DNA of 56,678 nt, counting the filler, from Diploschistes diacapsis (lineage: Eukaryota): assembly GCA_023645945.1 (NCBI GenBank). It is 6 parts of 6 records of this genome, joined end to end, with 100 filler letters (N's around TTAATTAATTAA, not from the genome) between each part and the next. Parts side by side here need not be neighbours in the genome. Positions count along the whole stretch, not along the records: positions 9,477 to 18,851 come from JALAIB010001049.1; positions 18,952 to 28,320 come from JALAIB010001050.1; 4 more parts are not named here. One strand, written 5' to 3'. Of this stretch, positions 13,055 to 23,373 are shown in pieces. The stretch's first letter is position 1. Every line of letters begins with the position of its first letter. A program made the translations under genes and the position numbers. The notes beneath the pieces were generated by a model. The model worked only from the letters and a program-made list of their open reading frames with translations. It had not been told where the DNA came from and ran no database searches.

Positions 13055-13571
13055 GTTGGGGTTGTGCTAAGAACAAAAGGCGGAAATGGAGGGAGGGAGG
13101 AAGCGGAGAGCAAAGGGGCTAGCGTTTACAAGTGCCCCGGAGGTTTTTTTTTTTTAATAAAGAAACTGGTTCATTGTACATTTTCGAAGATTTTGGGGAA
13201 AGGTACAGACGGTTGTGTTGTTACACTCTAGGACTTGGCTTGTCTTCTAGGTACAAGGAGAAGACGGCACTCGGGGAGTCGGGACTTGAAGCATGGAGTC
13301 GGATGTAATGGTATATGTATAAAAGATCAGAGCGCGGGTTCCTTCCCCCTTTCGCTCTTCTCGGCCCAGGCCCATGCACTTTGAACACGCTTATTCGCTT
13401 TTAATTGATGATTGCCGACTTCTTTCAACCGCCTAGAGCTCGTCTCGCCCTTCATGGCTCGGTATCATGCACGAATATTTGGGGTCGAACCAGAAAACGC
13501 TCACTCTTATTCCCTCCCTGCAAGCGGGTCGAGGTTGTGCGATCCACGTTTGAGACACAACTATCCAGGCT

Positions 13572-14739
13572 TTAGACCAGCGCAGCCTTCTTTTTGATCC
13601 CAAGTGCCGCCCCAAAATCCTTCTTCCGCTTCACGCCCCTCTTGAACGCTACCGGCGGTAGCGGCGGCGGCGGCATGTCTACCGCATCCTTCTCCTCCTT
13701 TTCCTTCCCCATCCCCTTCTCTTCTCCCTTCGCTTGCTCCGCGAGCACTTCCTCCGTTTCATCCTCCCCCACCGCAGGAGACAGCTCCTCCTCAACCCCC
13801 GCCAACTCAATCGCCCTATCCAGGCCCCGGGACGCAAACGCCCGTCTGGCCGCCACCTCATCCTCCCTCTCCTGCCTCTCTATCTCCCTCTCCCTTGCGC
13901 TCTTCTCGTCCCCCTCATCCGGCCCGGCCACCACACCGCCCCCACCCTCCTTGAACGTGCGCTCGTTCCTCGCGTTCCTCGTCCTTATCTCATCCAGCGC
14001 GTCCGCGATCGCCATCTCCTGCTTCGCATCCACAATCTTCGTCTCCAGCCGGTCCATGGCGTCCATCTCGGCCTCCTCGCGCTCCAGCCGGTCCAGCCGG
14101 TCCTCGTCCGTCTCGACCTTGCCGGATTCGCTGCGCCAGGGCTCGAAGTTGCGGATCGCGCCGCTGACGCACGTGTAGTCCATGTCCTTTGGGTTGGTTT
14201 TGAAGCAGATCTGGCCCGAGCAGCGCGTGCATTTGATGAAGAATTGGAATATGGCGATGTTGAGGTAGCGCTCGTCCGTGTTCGATTTCTGGGCGTTGAA
14301 CTTGCGACCGCGGTAGATGTATTCGCCACCTTTTTGGGGTGGGTTAGTGGATTGGGATGCGTTTGGGAGGGAGGGAGCGAGATGGGGTGGGGTTTGAGAG
14401 GTTGACTTACATGCGAGGCACTTCATGCTGAAGGCTAGCGCGGAACAGTTAGCAAAGGGGTTCAGCACCGTAAGGGCTGTTGATGGTCGGTTCACTCACG
14501 AGCCATTAGGCGCACGGTCTGGGTTTTTGGGCCGGCATCTTTGGGCTTGCGGAATCTTTTCAAGGCCGCTGGGTTGAAGTCTGGTGGTCTTGTGCGAAAA
14601 GGTCAGCAGGTTTGAGACCAAGGTCGATCGAGAGAAGTTTGAGGCTCACATGTATTTCTGGACAGGTTAGCAGAGTTGAGGCCAAATAGGGTCGAGAGAG
14701 AGCTCTGGTACTTACATTCAGCACCTTTCTTTCGGACAT
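13572..14739 (-). CDS. YJU2: Spliceosomal step-1 factor Yju2/Cwc16 (CCDC94), 5 exons including 8-nt and 24-nt microexons
   Basis: The spliced product MSERKVLN-KYIPPDFNP...[26 protein letters not shown]...KCTRCSGQICFKTNPKDMDY matches the family N-terminus and its zinc-binding CxxC pairs. Confidence 0.93.
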
Positions 14740-14971
14740 TTTGACTTGAGAAGAATGCGTGAGAGGAGGTGGGTTCAAAAGCTACTAGGTTTATAGATAG
14801 TTTTGACTTGCGGGCAACCGCTAAGCCAAGTTTGGGCTACAATACGTTGCAAAAGTTAATAGAATTGTTTTAGCGTTTTAGCACTTTATTTCGAGTGATA
14901 GTTAACAGCCAAGCAGACCTTCAGCCAGGTCCATCACGTTTTCCTTAATAACTATAAATCTATCGCTATTT

Positions 14972-16357
14972 CTACAAGATAGCAATAGCGTTCGCATGTG
15001 ACCCGACGCCGCCTGCAATTACAATCAGTCACTGTCAATATGCCAAACGCTTGGAATGGCTTCCTACCTTTACAGTTGGCCGGACTGCTCGTCAAGAAAA
15101 ATGTCCATCTGTTGAGTTCCTTACAGCGCTTGGTCAGTTTCTCGAGGTCCCAAAACTCTCCGATTGGGCAGCCCCAAAGGCCTAGAAGATTGCTGTGCAA
15201 CGCGTTGTCTACAGTTCAGTCAGCACTCCACTTGGATTTGCATAGGTCGTACAAAGCGCACCTCCTGGGGGCCAAGCTTCGAATGAAGGAGCATCGCCAG
15301 CCACGGCTGCAAAATAGCAGTCATGCAGCCAATCAATGATTTTCTCACTCGCCTCGAGGCCAGCCCAACTCTGCTGCTCCATTTCTCTCAATGCTAATTT
15401 AGACCATTGTTCCTGGGACTTGCTCTCGAATTGAGCGGTCCATCCGCTACGGATGAGGAGCAAATCTCCCACTTTGATATGTCCGCCTTGAGACTCAGGT
15501 CGAATATCGATTCCCTGATCTTTTCCACAGGCCACAAGCTCTTCATATGGTATCTGGTGTCTTTCGCAGCTGTCGTACCATTTCCCCTTCTTCTGTGCAT
15601 AGCCCCAGTAATCAAGCAGGACACCTCTACCACAAATACCGTGCTCAGATAGATGATGTATCGAAGCCTTGTTCTGATCTGCATTTGGCCCTTGGATGTC
15701 ATCGAACTTTGTGTTGTTGTAAAATGTCTTGGTGGGGATGTGGGAGACCTTTGCTTGGTTAGTTGAGCGCGTATCTCTTGTTCATTCTCCTCACATGTCT
15801 GAAGCCATCCCATTGAGTTCCTGATTGAGTATTCATCGAATCTATCGGGTCGCTCAGTACCATGCATATCGGTTGTCTCGCCAATGCTTACATGTATCAT
15901 CGAAAGCAAGTTCTGGAAGAATGACGCTAATCTCATGTTTAAAGTTTTGTCTACCGAAGGCCGGGGGGTTTGGGACGTCGAGCGGAAGGCTTTGGCTTTG
16001 TTAGCAACCTGCACGATCCATTCTGCATGCTTTACTTGCTTCAATGGTATCATCTCTCCGAGGCGAATTTCGGCGCTTGCAAGCTTGACCCGCGCTGGGG
16101 TAAGAAGATTGATACGTCCCAGCTGACTTCCTTTAGCTGTGCATCTGACTCAGTCTGGAGAGGTACTATACATAGTCATCCTTGCCCCAAAACCATGCGG
16201 CTCCTGGAGGAGCATTTGGTAGCTCAGGAATTTCTTTGCGACTTGGGAACTCCACACAATCGGGATCCCATGGTATAGTTTGAGGCCTTCTCTTAGAAAC
16301 GAGGAAGCCTTTGATCTGATTGAGTCTGGCCTGTACGCCAGAACCTTTGGAAGTCAT
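14972..16357 (-). CDS. Putative cyclase / kynurenine-formamidase-like metal hydrolase (multi-exon)
   Basis: LGRINLLTP, NTQSGTQWDGFRH, GICGRGVLLDY, GDLLLIRSGW, AAVAGDAPSFEAWP, GCPIGEFWDLEKL and GGVGSHANAIAIL* appear in order, separated by short GT-AG introns. Confidence 0.85.
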
Positions 16358-17086
16358 TTTTGTGTTGAAGCTGGATCATGTTTGCTAGTTTGCTAGGGAG
16401 GACGGGATTTATCAAAGAGGCTCGTCATAGGTTTCCCCGCTTCAAGCTCCTGAATACACACAGCTTTAGAGATTTAACATCCGTTATTGCGTTATTGCGT
16501 TATTGCGTAAGACTCGGTGTTGCTAGCTCACTTGCAAATGTGTAGTACCAGTTACCGGACATCTTTTTGTTCATTCAACTTCGTAGTTCCATCTAACGAT
16601 TTGCGTGTAAGTTTATCTTCACCGTTAAGCGTTAAGCGCGGACATTTTGTAGAGAGCAGAAACCGCTGCTTCTACTCACTCATCTTCCACATTTACTTTT
16701 CCATGGTCCTTGTGCTTGGTCAAACCAGATCGATTTGCATCTGCACAGGCACTCTTCGCTATATTTCTCGATTGGAACAGATGTCTTCGATTACGTTGGA
16801 GGAAGCCTGCCAGAACAAGCTTCTCAATGCCCGCTGTCCATGCCGATCCTGCGTGGGGCACCACATCACACAACAGTGGTTGGCTAATTCTCATCCGCTT
16901 CCCCTTGACGCCGCAGATTCCTCTCTCCACCCCAAACACTACCAATAGTCGAGGCGCCTGCTGATTGAGCGTGTACATGTATCCACGCGTGTACCCCACT
17001 GGCGTCGCTCGCTTCGACATCGAAGTGTTGTTGCGTGAACGACTTCTGCCCATATGTGCGGCCTGCCAATTAAGCTGCCAGCCAAG

Positions 17087-18004
17087 ATGAGCTACATCGT
17101 ATCGGATCCGCGACCCGCTGATTCGCAGCGTTCAGTACGCTCTCATCGCTCGCTGGGTTCGCTACGTTCAAGAGCTTCGAGCACACCTGATCCACCGCCT
17201 GTACCATTTCTTTCCCGCCCCTCCGGATCTATACTACGAAGAGAAAAGCAGTCTGCAGACCACAGCTCCGCCGGCTCCGTCCGGTCTGCCAATACTGCAC
17301 CGATCAGCGGACCAGTACCCAGCGGCCGCGATGCCACTCTTATAGCAGCAGCGACAGAATACTCGAAAAAGTACATGTCACAATCACACTTTGACTGTTC
17401 TCATGACTTCGCACACGTCGAGCGTGTCGTACGGCATGCGAAACACATCCTAGAAGTCGAGCAGAGACTCGATCCCTGGACCCCGTATGATCCAACCGTT
17501 GTCACGCTCGCGGCTCTCTTCCACGACCTGAACGATCGCAAATACCTTACTCGCACCGTCATGTTCGCGAGCGACATCGAAGATCCAGAAACACAAGTCA
17601 AGCGTGTGCTGCTCCAGCTCGGAGCGTCACAGGCGCTAGCGCGGAAAGTACAGATTATTGTTAAGAATGTCTCATATACAAACGAAACGCTGGATCCGGC
17701 GCACAATCGGGGAGTCGTGCTGCAGCATCCGGAGCTGGCGATCGTGCAGGACGCGGACCGGCTAGATGCAATCGGAGCGATAGGGATTGGAAGAGTATTT
17801 GCTTATGGGGCAACAAAAGCGCCGTCGAGAGGGCTACAGGGGTCAGTAGATCACTTCTCGGTGAAACTGGAAAGATTGGAGGGGATGATGAAGACGGCGG
17901 AGGGAAAGAGGTTGGCTAATATACGGACGAAGAGACTGAAGGCTTTTAGAGGGTGGTGGGAGGAGGAAATGCATGGAGAGTATCAGCTGCCACTTGCGTT
18001 TTGA
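17087..18004 (+). CDS. HD-domain metal-dependent phosphohydrolase (YedJ/YpgQ-like) with a low-complexity N-terminus; intronless
   Basis: SHDFAHVERV, AALFHDLND, VQDADRLDAIGAIGIGRVFAYG, DHFSVKL and MKTAEGKRLA. An alternative ATG lies at 17054. Confidence 0.85.
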   Translation: MSYIVSDPRPADSQRSVRSHRSLGSLRSRASSTPDPPPVPFLSRPSGSILRREKQSADHSSAGSVRSANTAPISGPVPSGRDATLIAAATEYSKKYMSQSHFDCSHDFAHVERVVRHAKHILEVEQRLDPWTPYDPTVVTLAALFHDLNDRKYLTRTVMFASDIEDPETQVKRVLLQLGASQALARKVQIIVKNVSYTNETLDPAHNRGVVLQHPELAIVQDADRLDAIGAIGIGRVFAYGATKAPSRGLQGSVDHFSVKLERLEGMMKTAEGKRLANIRTKRLKAFRGWWEEEMHGEYQLPLAF

Positions 18005-18269
18005 TGATATCAGCTATGAAGGCTTTGGGCTGGCGGATGGATCTTTCGGTCGGGTACATCATACTGAGCAACATATTGTAGAATTTACCAAAGCTAATCA
18101 TCAGGCTAGAGGCCAGTGTCAATGACCGTGTCAAGGCTCGTTACGCAAGGCTTGAAGCCTTCTAAGCTTACTCGAAGGACCAGCTGATAAAGCACAATAA
18201 GAAAATCAAGTAATAACCAGCCCGAGAGTCCACTTAAAGGTATCAAGCCTCAGACCCTCACAGCTTCGC

Positions 18270-18851
18270 TTTCTTCTCCTTAACTTCCGGCAGCGTTCCA
18301 ATGTCCACAGGCGTCCACCACGCATACGCCCGGCGGCGCATCTTTTCCGACCGTCCCCAAGCACCTCGCCTCCCCTTTTTTCCATAAACGACTTCAAGCC
18401 CGCCTCACTATCTCTACACCCATTTCGTCAGCACGCGCCCGCGAGCATCATAACACCCGCGTCCACAAATCAAAGCCCACAGCATCCGACTATCCGACAG
18501 ACGCTGCTCCTCCGCGCTCCCCGGGGCCCTTCCAGATCATATCCCGCATCGGCTTCCCACCAACCCCGCTCGTCTTCCGCGCCACCTCCTCCGCGATCTC
18601 CAGCGCCCACGACAGCACCCTTTTTCCGGCTCCAACACCCCGCTGAACAAACCCTCGAGCAGCTTGTCGGTGGCCGGGTAGACGGGCACCGGTGGTGATG
18701 AGGTGCAGGGCCCACGAGTGGCCGGTCAGGTGCGGCAGGAAGAAGGCGCTGCAGGCCTCCATGACGATGCCGCGGCGGGCGAAGACGGTCAGGGCGCAGA
18801 TGGTGGGTTTGAGGGAGGCGTGGGAGAGGCGGCCGCCGCTGGGTGAGGGGG
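18270..18851 (-). pseudogene. Frameshifted 3' part of an enoyl-CoA hydratase/isomerase (crotonase) gene, truncated by contig end
   Basis: VFARRGIVMEACSAFFLPHLTGHSWALHLITTGA, then in shifted frames VYPATDKLLEGLFSGVLEP, VLSWALEIAEEVA...MRDMIWKGPG, SAEEQRLSDSRML and GLKSFMEKR; at least three frameshifts. Confidence 0.62.
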
Positions 18852-18951
18852 NNNNNNNNNNNNNNNNNNNNNNNNNNNNNNNNNNNNNNNNNNNNTTAAT
18901 TAATTAANNNNNNNNNNNNNNNNNNNNNNNNNNNNNNNNNNNNNNNNNNNN
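18852..18951. other. Artificial contig spacer
   Basis: N44-TTAATTAATTAA-N44. Confidence 0.99.
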
Positions 18952-19432
18952 GGGTTGGGCGAGGAAGGGGTTCTAGTGGGGTTTAACTAGCTTTGTGCGG
19001 TGGATAGGAACTGGTAAGAGCGGGGGGCAAGTTCGGTGGGAAGAGCTTTGAGAGGATGAGGGATCTTCTTTGTTTCTTGTTTTTCTCTATACGACATGTG
19101 ATCGCCACTCGGCTTTTTTTCTTTTCTTTACTAGATACCAGGTGGATACACCACGCCATAGTCAAATCAATGAAGCAGCATTCTCAAGCTTTCTGTGTCT
19201 TGCTATAATGCACATATCTGTTAGTGTAGATCTGCTAAAACTAGCTTGTAAGATGTGTTACCCGCAAAAACTATCTATCCAGACACCGAAACCTCCAGTC
19301 ACCATCATATCACACTCTGCCAGAGAAACGAGGAGCAACATCAGTTTTTCCACTCGGTTTATTGGTGGGTCCTACCTAGCATACCGAAAAATTAGGGACG
19401 GAGCAATTGCATGTGCCGCTTAACTTTCCTTC

Positions 19433-21439
19433 TCAATCTTCCTCAGCCAGAGCATAGTGTTTTCCGTTCCATTCGTCGGGTATGTCCCACTCTTCACAGA
19501 TCTCATCCGAAGAGAATACTTCGACGAAGCGGTTCCTGATCATCTCTAGCTTGTCTTCGCCGAGTTCGTCACGACCAAGGGCCTCGTTGAGGTCAAAGAT
19601 ATAATCGGGGCAATTTTCATTCGGTGGAATTGACGGCAATGGGGAGTCCAGGGGCACCTCAGGATCATCGAGATAGGTCTCATCCGAACTACTCCCTTCC
19701 TCTTCTATGTCCATAGCCTCTTCATCAGCGTTGGGGAAGTCTTCTGTATTAGCTTGACCAACGTAGGTGTCCGGTATATGATGAAGATTCTGATTCCTTG
19801 GCGCAATCTCTCTGGAAGCAGGTACGAGTTCTGCTGCTTCCAGAAGGCTTTGCTGCTCCTTGGGGCTCTTGCGCTTCCTCTTCACAACGTTCTTAAGATA
19901 CTTTCCGATAGTAACGAACGGCATACCCAGCCAGGAGCCTAAGTGAGCCAGCGCATTGGCAATGTCTTGGGAGAGCGTCGATGCTATTGACTCCTGGCTA
20001 ATAGATTTATGCTGCGTCGCTGGGGTATCTACTACCGGAGTATCCCCCTCAGAAGTTGTGCTCTCCGTGGCGGGACCGTTGGTGTCTATTATTTCTTTAT
20101 CACCGCTTTCGACGTCGCTGTCTTTGTAAGCTGCGTCGTTCTCTGGATCCTCGAGTACATGTTCATCAATGCAGGTCCTAACCATCTTGACAATAATATC
20201 TTCTGTAAGGGAGAGTTGCCTGCAACCTTTCTCGACAGCTCGGTACAGGTGAGAGTTCGTAGTAAACTTAGCCGCAGCACCAATACGATTTCCCAACAAG
20301 CTTCGGTATGTCCTGCGTAACTCGCGTAAAGTTGCCGGAGAGTCCTCCCTAGCTTTGGCCTCCTCATATGGAGAGAACCAGTAGTATTCAGAGGGAACGA
20401 AGTCACGAGCTAGGAAGACAGGATATGCGGCATACCCAAGTTGTTTCGGTTTGGTGCAGATTCCATCCCAATCAAGGATTCCGGCCAGCGTACCATTCTC
20501 ATGTACCAAGATGTTTTGAATGTCGAGATCCGGATGAGCGATGACAAATGCTTGAGATTCGCTGTCTTTCTTTTCAACTATCTCGATTGCATCGATAATT
20601 AGCATCATCATCCGTTTCGCTCCAATTTGACGAGTTAACACTGGCTCATTAACTTGATTCTTTAGGAGCGCACGAAAATATTCGGCGGTACTGTGGAATG
20701 GACCATATTCGTAGTAGATGACATGATCGCCATCCTCGGCGTCAATGGTCTCGCGATTGTCGATCACGTACCTCGTCTCCCTCTCATCGTCACGGCCTCG
20801 CAACGGCTGGGTGTCAGTGATCTCGAGACGATCATGCTCCAGTCGGGTGACTGGCAATCCGATGGAGGAGTTTGAGAAGAAGCTTAGTTTTGCCATGGCC
20901 GTAGCAATGGAGTCCAAGATTTGGAACCGGCGCTGATGCAACGGGGTAGGTCCGTCGTCGCAGTGCCACCAATGACCCACAGACTGACCTTCCAGCCAAG
21001 CGCAGAGGGCAAATGGCGCTCCCAAGGCATTATCAAACGATGTGTCGTAGTGGAAAACCTCAGGAACTGGAAGACTAGTCTTCATGCGTACCATGCGTAG
21101 GAATTCTAGTTCGTACTTCATGGTTGCAACCTGGCTATCGCCAAACTTCTTCACAGTCCCATGCTTGGGAATTCGAGCTGCCCATTTGACACCATCTGCG
21201 AAGGTGACGGAATAGACGATATTGTAGCTACCATCTAAGGGTCGATTGCTAATAGCGACTGCCGAAGACTGAGGGCCTCGCACGCTGGTAGCTATTTGCA
21301 GTAGTGCCTCGGGTGTTATAGCCTTGACCAAATCGATGTAATCTACCTGAGATTCGGCATCACTGGGGCATGCTGAATGGCAGGAGTTTTGAGTCTTGGG
21401 TAGTGTGTAGTTGGTGTCTGAAACCTCGGATGGCGGCAT
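19433..21439 (-). CDS. Aminoglycoside-phosphotransferase (APH)-like kinase-fold protein with an acidic C-terminal region; intronless
   Basis: Uninterrupted ORF (first ATG 21439, open to 21535) with GSYNIVY, WAARIP, PVPEVF, catalytic HPDLDIQNIL and Mg-binding ILDWD. Confidence 0.85.
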   Translation of the reverse strand: MPPSEVSDTNYTLPKTQNSCHSACPSDAESQVDYIDLVKAITPEALLQIATSVRGPQSSAVAISNRPLDGSYNIVYSVTFADGVKWAARIPKHGTVKKFGDSQVATMKYELEFLRMVRMKTSLPVPEVFHYDTSFDNALGAPFALCAWLEGQSVGHWWHCDDGPTPLHQRRFQILDSIATAMAKLSFFSNSSIGLPVTRLEHDRLEITDTQPLRGRDDERETRYVIDNRETIDAEDGDHVIYYEYGPFHSTAEYFRALLKNQVNEPVLTRQIGAKRMMMLIIDAIEIVEKKDSESQAFVIAHPDLDIQNILVHENGTLAGILDWDGICTKPKQLGYAAYPVFLARDFVPSEYYWFSPYEEAKAREDSPATLRELRRTYRSLLGNRIGAAAKFTTNSHLYRAVEKGCRQLSLTEDIIVKMVRTCIDEHVLEDPENDAAYKDSDVESGDKEIIDTNGPATESTTSEGDTPVVDTPATQHKSISQESIASTLSQDIANALAHLGSWLGMPFVTIGKYLKNVVKRKRKSPKEQQSLLEAAELVPASREIAPRNQNLHHIPDTYVGQANTEDFPNADEEAMDIEEEGSSSDETYLDDPEVPLDSPLPSIPPNENCPDYIFDLNEALGRDELGEDKLEMIRNRFVEVFSSDEICEEWDIPDEWNGKHYALAEED

Positions 21440-22055
21440 GCTGCTCAACTGCGAGTGTGATCTCTTTCTTGTGATGGAACAACTGGGGGAGCTTTGGAGT
21501 TTTTGAAGTGCTGATGAGCGTCGGATCGTAGACACGTGTTAGATTATCTTGGAAGGAGTTGCTATTACCTGAAAAAATATCGCGAGTCTGTAGAAGCTGT
21601 TTGAAATGATAGAGACCAGATCCAGAGTTTGCGAAACGTCTTATCCTCTCTCAAAGCTTTGTTTGGCAGCAGACAATGACCTTCTATGACGCTTTGATAG
21701 AGCTATGAATGTTTGTAAAAGTTGAGTTTAAAAGAGGACAGAGTACAAACTTGGTTTGTTCGAATCCTTGTAAGAAATTCTGTTCATTCGAAGGAGACAA
21801 TGCTGTTCATTGTGATTGACTTGGCTGATTTGAAAAAGGCAACAGTGCTGATTGTGATTTAATGAAAACCGGAAGACAAACAGAAGTCGTCCCAAACTTA
21901 TTTAAGGACTCGACGAGATGTAGAGGATGGCTTCACCAAAATATTCATACTTGTCTTTATACTCAACAGATTGCCTCTTGAAGTATCCCTTAAGGTTGCT
22001 TTAACACTGTTAGCTATTTTGAATACAGAATCATCGGAACCCAAGCTCAGACACT

Positions 22056-22337
22056 ATGGTTGGCGGTATGACTAACTTTACCAAGCACCATTGCCCGAGA
22101 TGTCATAAAACGAATAACGCAACGTGTAACAAAAAGGGCCATTTCAGAAACTGTGCTACTCCGAGTTGTCCCAGTCAAGTTGCGTTCGGGGGCTACTGTC
22201 CGGTTTGTAAAGGGAATCAAACGAGGCAGGCTCAAGACGACGGGGAGGCAGCTCAAGCAGCCAGAGCACAACAAGCTCAAGAAGCAGCAGCCAAGAAAGA
22301 GAAAGAGTGGAATGCGAAGCCCAAGAAACGCAAGTAA
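22056..22337 (+). CDS. Hypothetical small Cys/His-rich protein with an Ala/Gln/Lys helix and basic C-terminus
   Basis: 93-aa ORF HHCPRC..CNKKGH..CATPSC..CPVC followed by EAAQAARAQQAQEAAAKKEKE and PKKRK; protein-like composition within an AT-rich intergenic region. Confidence 0.6.
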   Translation: MVGGMTNFTKHHCPRCHKTNNATCNKKGHFRNCATPSCPSQVAFGGYCPVCKGNQTRQAQDDGEAAQAARAQQAQEAAAKKEKEWNAKPKKRK

Positions 22338-23013
22338 GAGACGAGAAGTCTGGTCTTCTTGTGAACGCCTACCGCATTCTAAATGGTAGAGGAATGGTAC
22401 AGAACTTGAAACGTCAAAGAAGAACGATGACTTACTAGACAATTTGAAATCCGGAGGCACTGGCATCCCCCCGAACGATATGGAGCGATTTGCAGTCAGG
22501 AGACGCTGGCGTATCCCCGGCCCTTTGATGTTCCTGCTATTCTATTTAGAAATCAAACATATATCTTTTTTCTGTAAAGTAAGTCCGTCCTTCTTGGTCC
22601 ATAAGGATACTGCGACTTTAACGTGTTTTTGCTATACATGGAAGTTGATCATAGCAAAAGTAATGATAAATAAATAAACACTTTTTTGACGGATTTTATC
22701 CTTTAACAAAGAAGAGTGTGAGCAAGGGATGAGACAGTTTGCCTTTGTTTGTTATTGCTAGACGATTTGATATGCATGTCCAATAGCATAGGTTAGAAAG
22801 TTTTACTTATCCACTGTCAAGATTTTCTGAGGATTCTTCTGTGCTTCGGAGTTACCTTTGCTGCCCTTGAACTGGGCGATAACTGCTTGCTAATACTGGC
22901 CAGCCATCTCCAGTGACATATCAGGCTAACGGGCTTGGGAGTCATTATAGTAGTGACTTTTCCTATTTTCGAGTTGTACACATATGTCATACTGGAGACC
23001 TCTGCAGCTGTAA

Positions 23014-23096
23014 AGTAGAGAGCAGAGAGCAGAGAATATAATAGAGTATAGAGTATAGAGTATAGAGTAGAGAGCAGAGAGTAGAGAGTAGAGAGT
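23014..23096. repeat. Degenerate 7-bp tandem repeat (AGAGTAT / AGAGAGY)
   Basis: agagagcagagagcag...atagagtatagagtatagagtatagagtagagagcagagagtagagagtagagagt. Confidence 0.85.
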
Positions 23097-23373
23097 GCTG
23101 AAATCTGAAATGATAAATTTGATTGAAGTTCTGACGATCACGGGACCGAGTCACCACCCAAGGTCAGGCGCCCGGATGAACGTTTTACCGTACTGCCAAT
23201 TGCAATTGCCCCGATATCGATCGTGCGCTGTTGCACATTAGCATTAGCCCCTTCAAAGCCCTCACTCAACGTTTCACCGAGCACTCTCTCCCAGTACTCA
23301 TCCACTTTCCCTTTCTCACAATAGTCTTTCCTCGCCAGCCAACCGCTGTTTTCTACCTTCGTGAACTCCCACA

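Noticed and set aside
17087..18004. Intronless bacterial-like HD hydrolase as a recent horizontal transfer
   Set aside because: This family is common in fungi, composition matches neighbouring genes and there are no mobility signs; only a phylogeny could support transfer.
23014..23096. Short tandem repeats as a possible CRISPR-like or telomeric array
   Set aside because: No repeat-spacer structure, no TTAGGG units, eukaryotic context; ordinary microsatellite.
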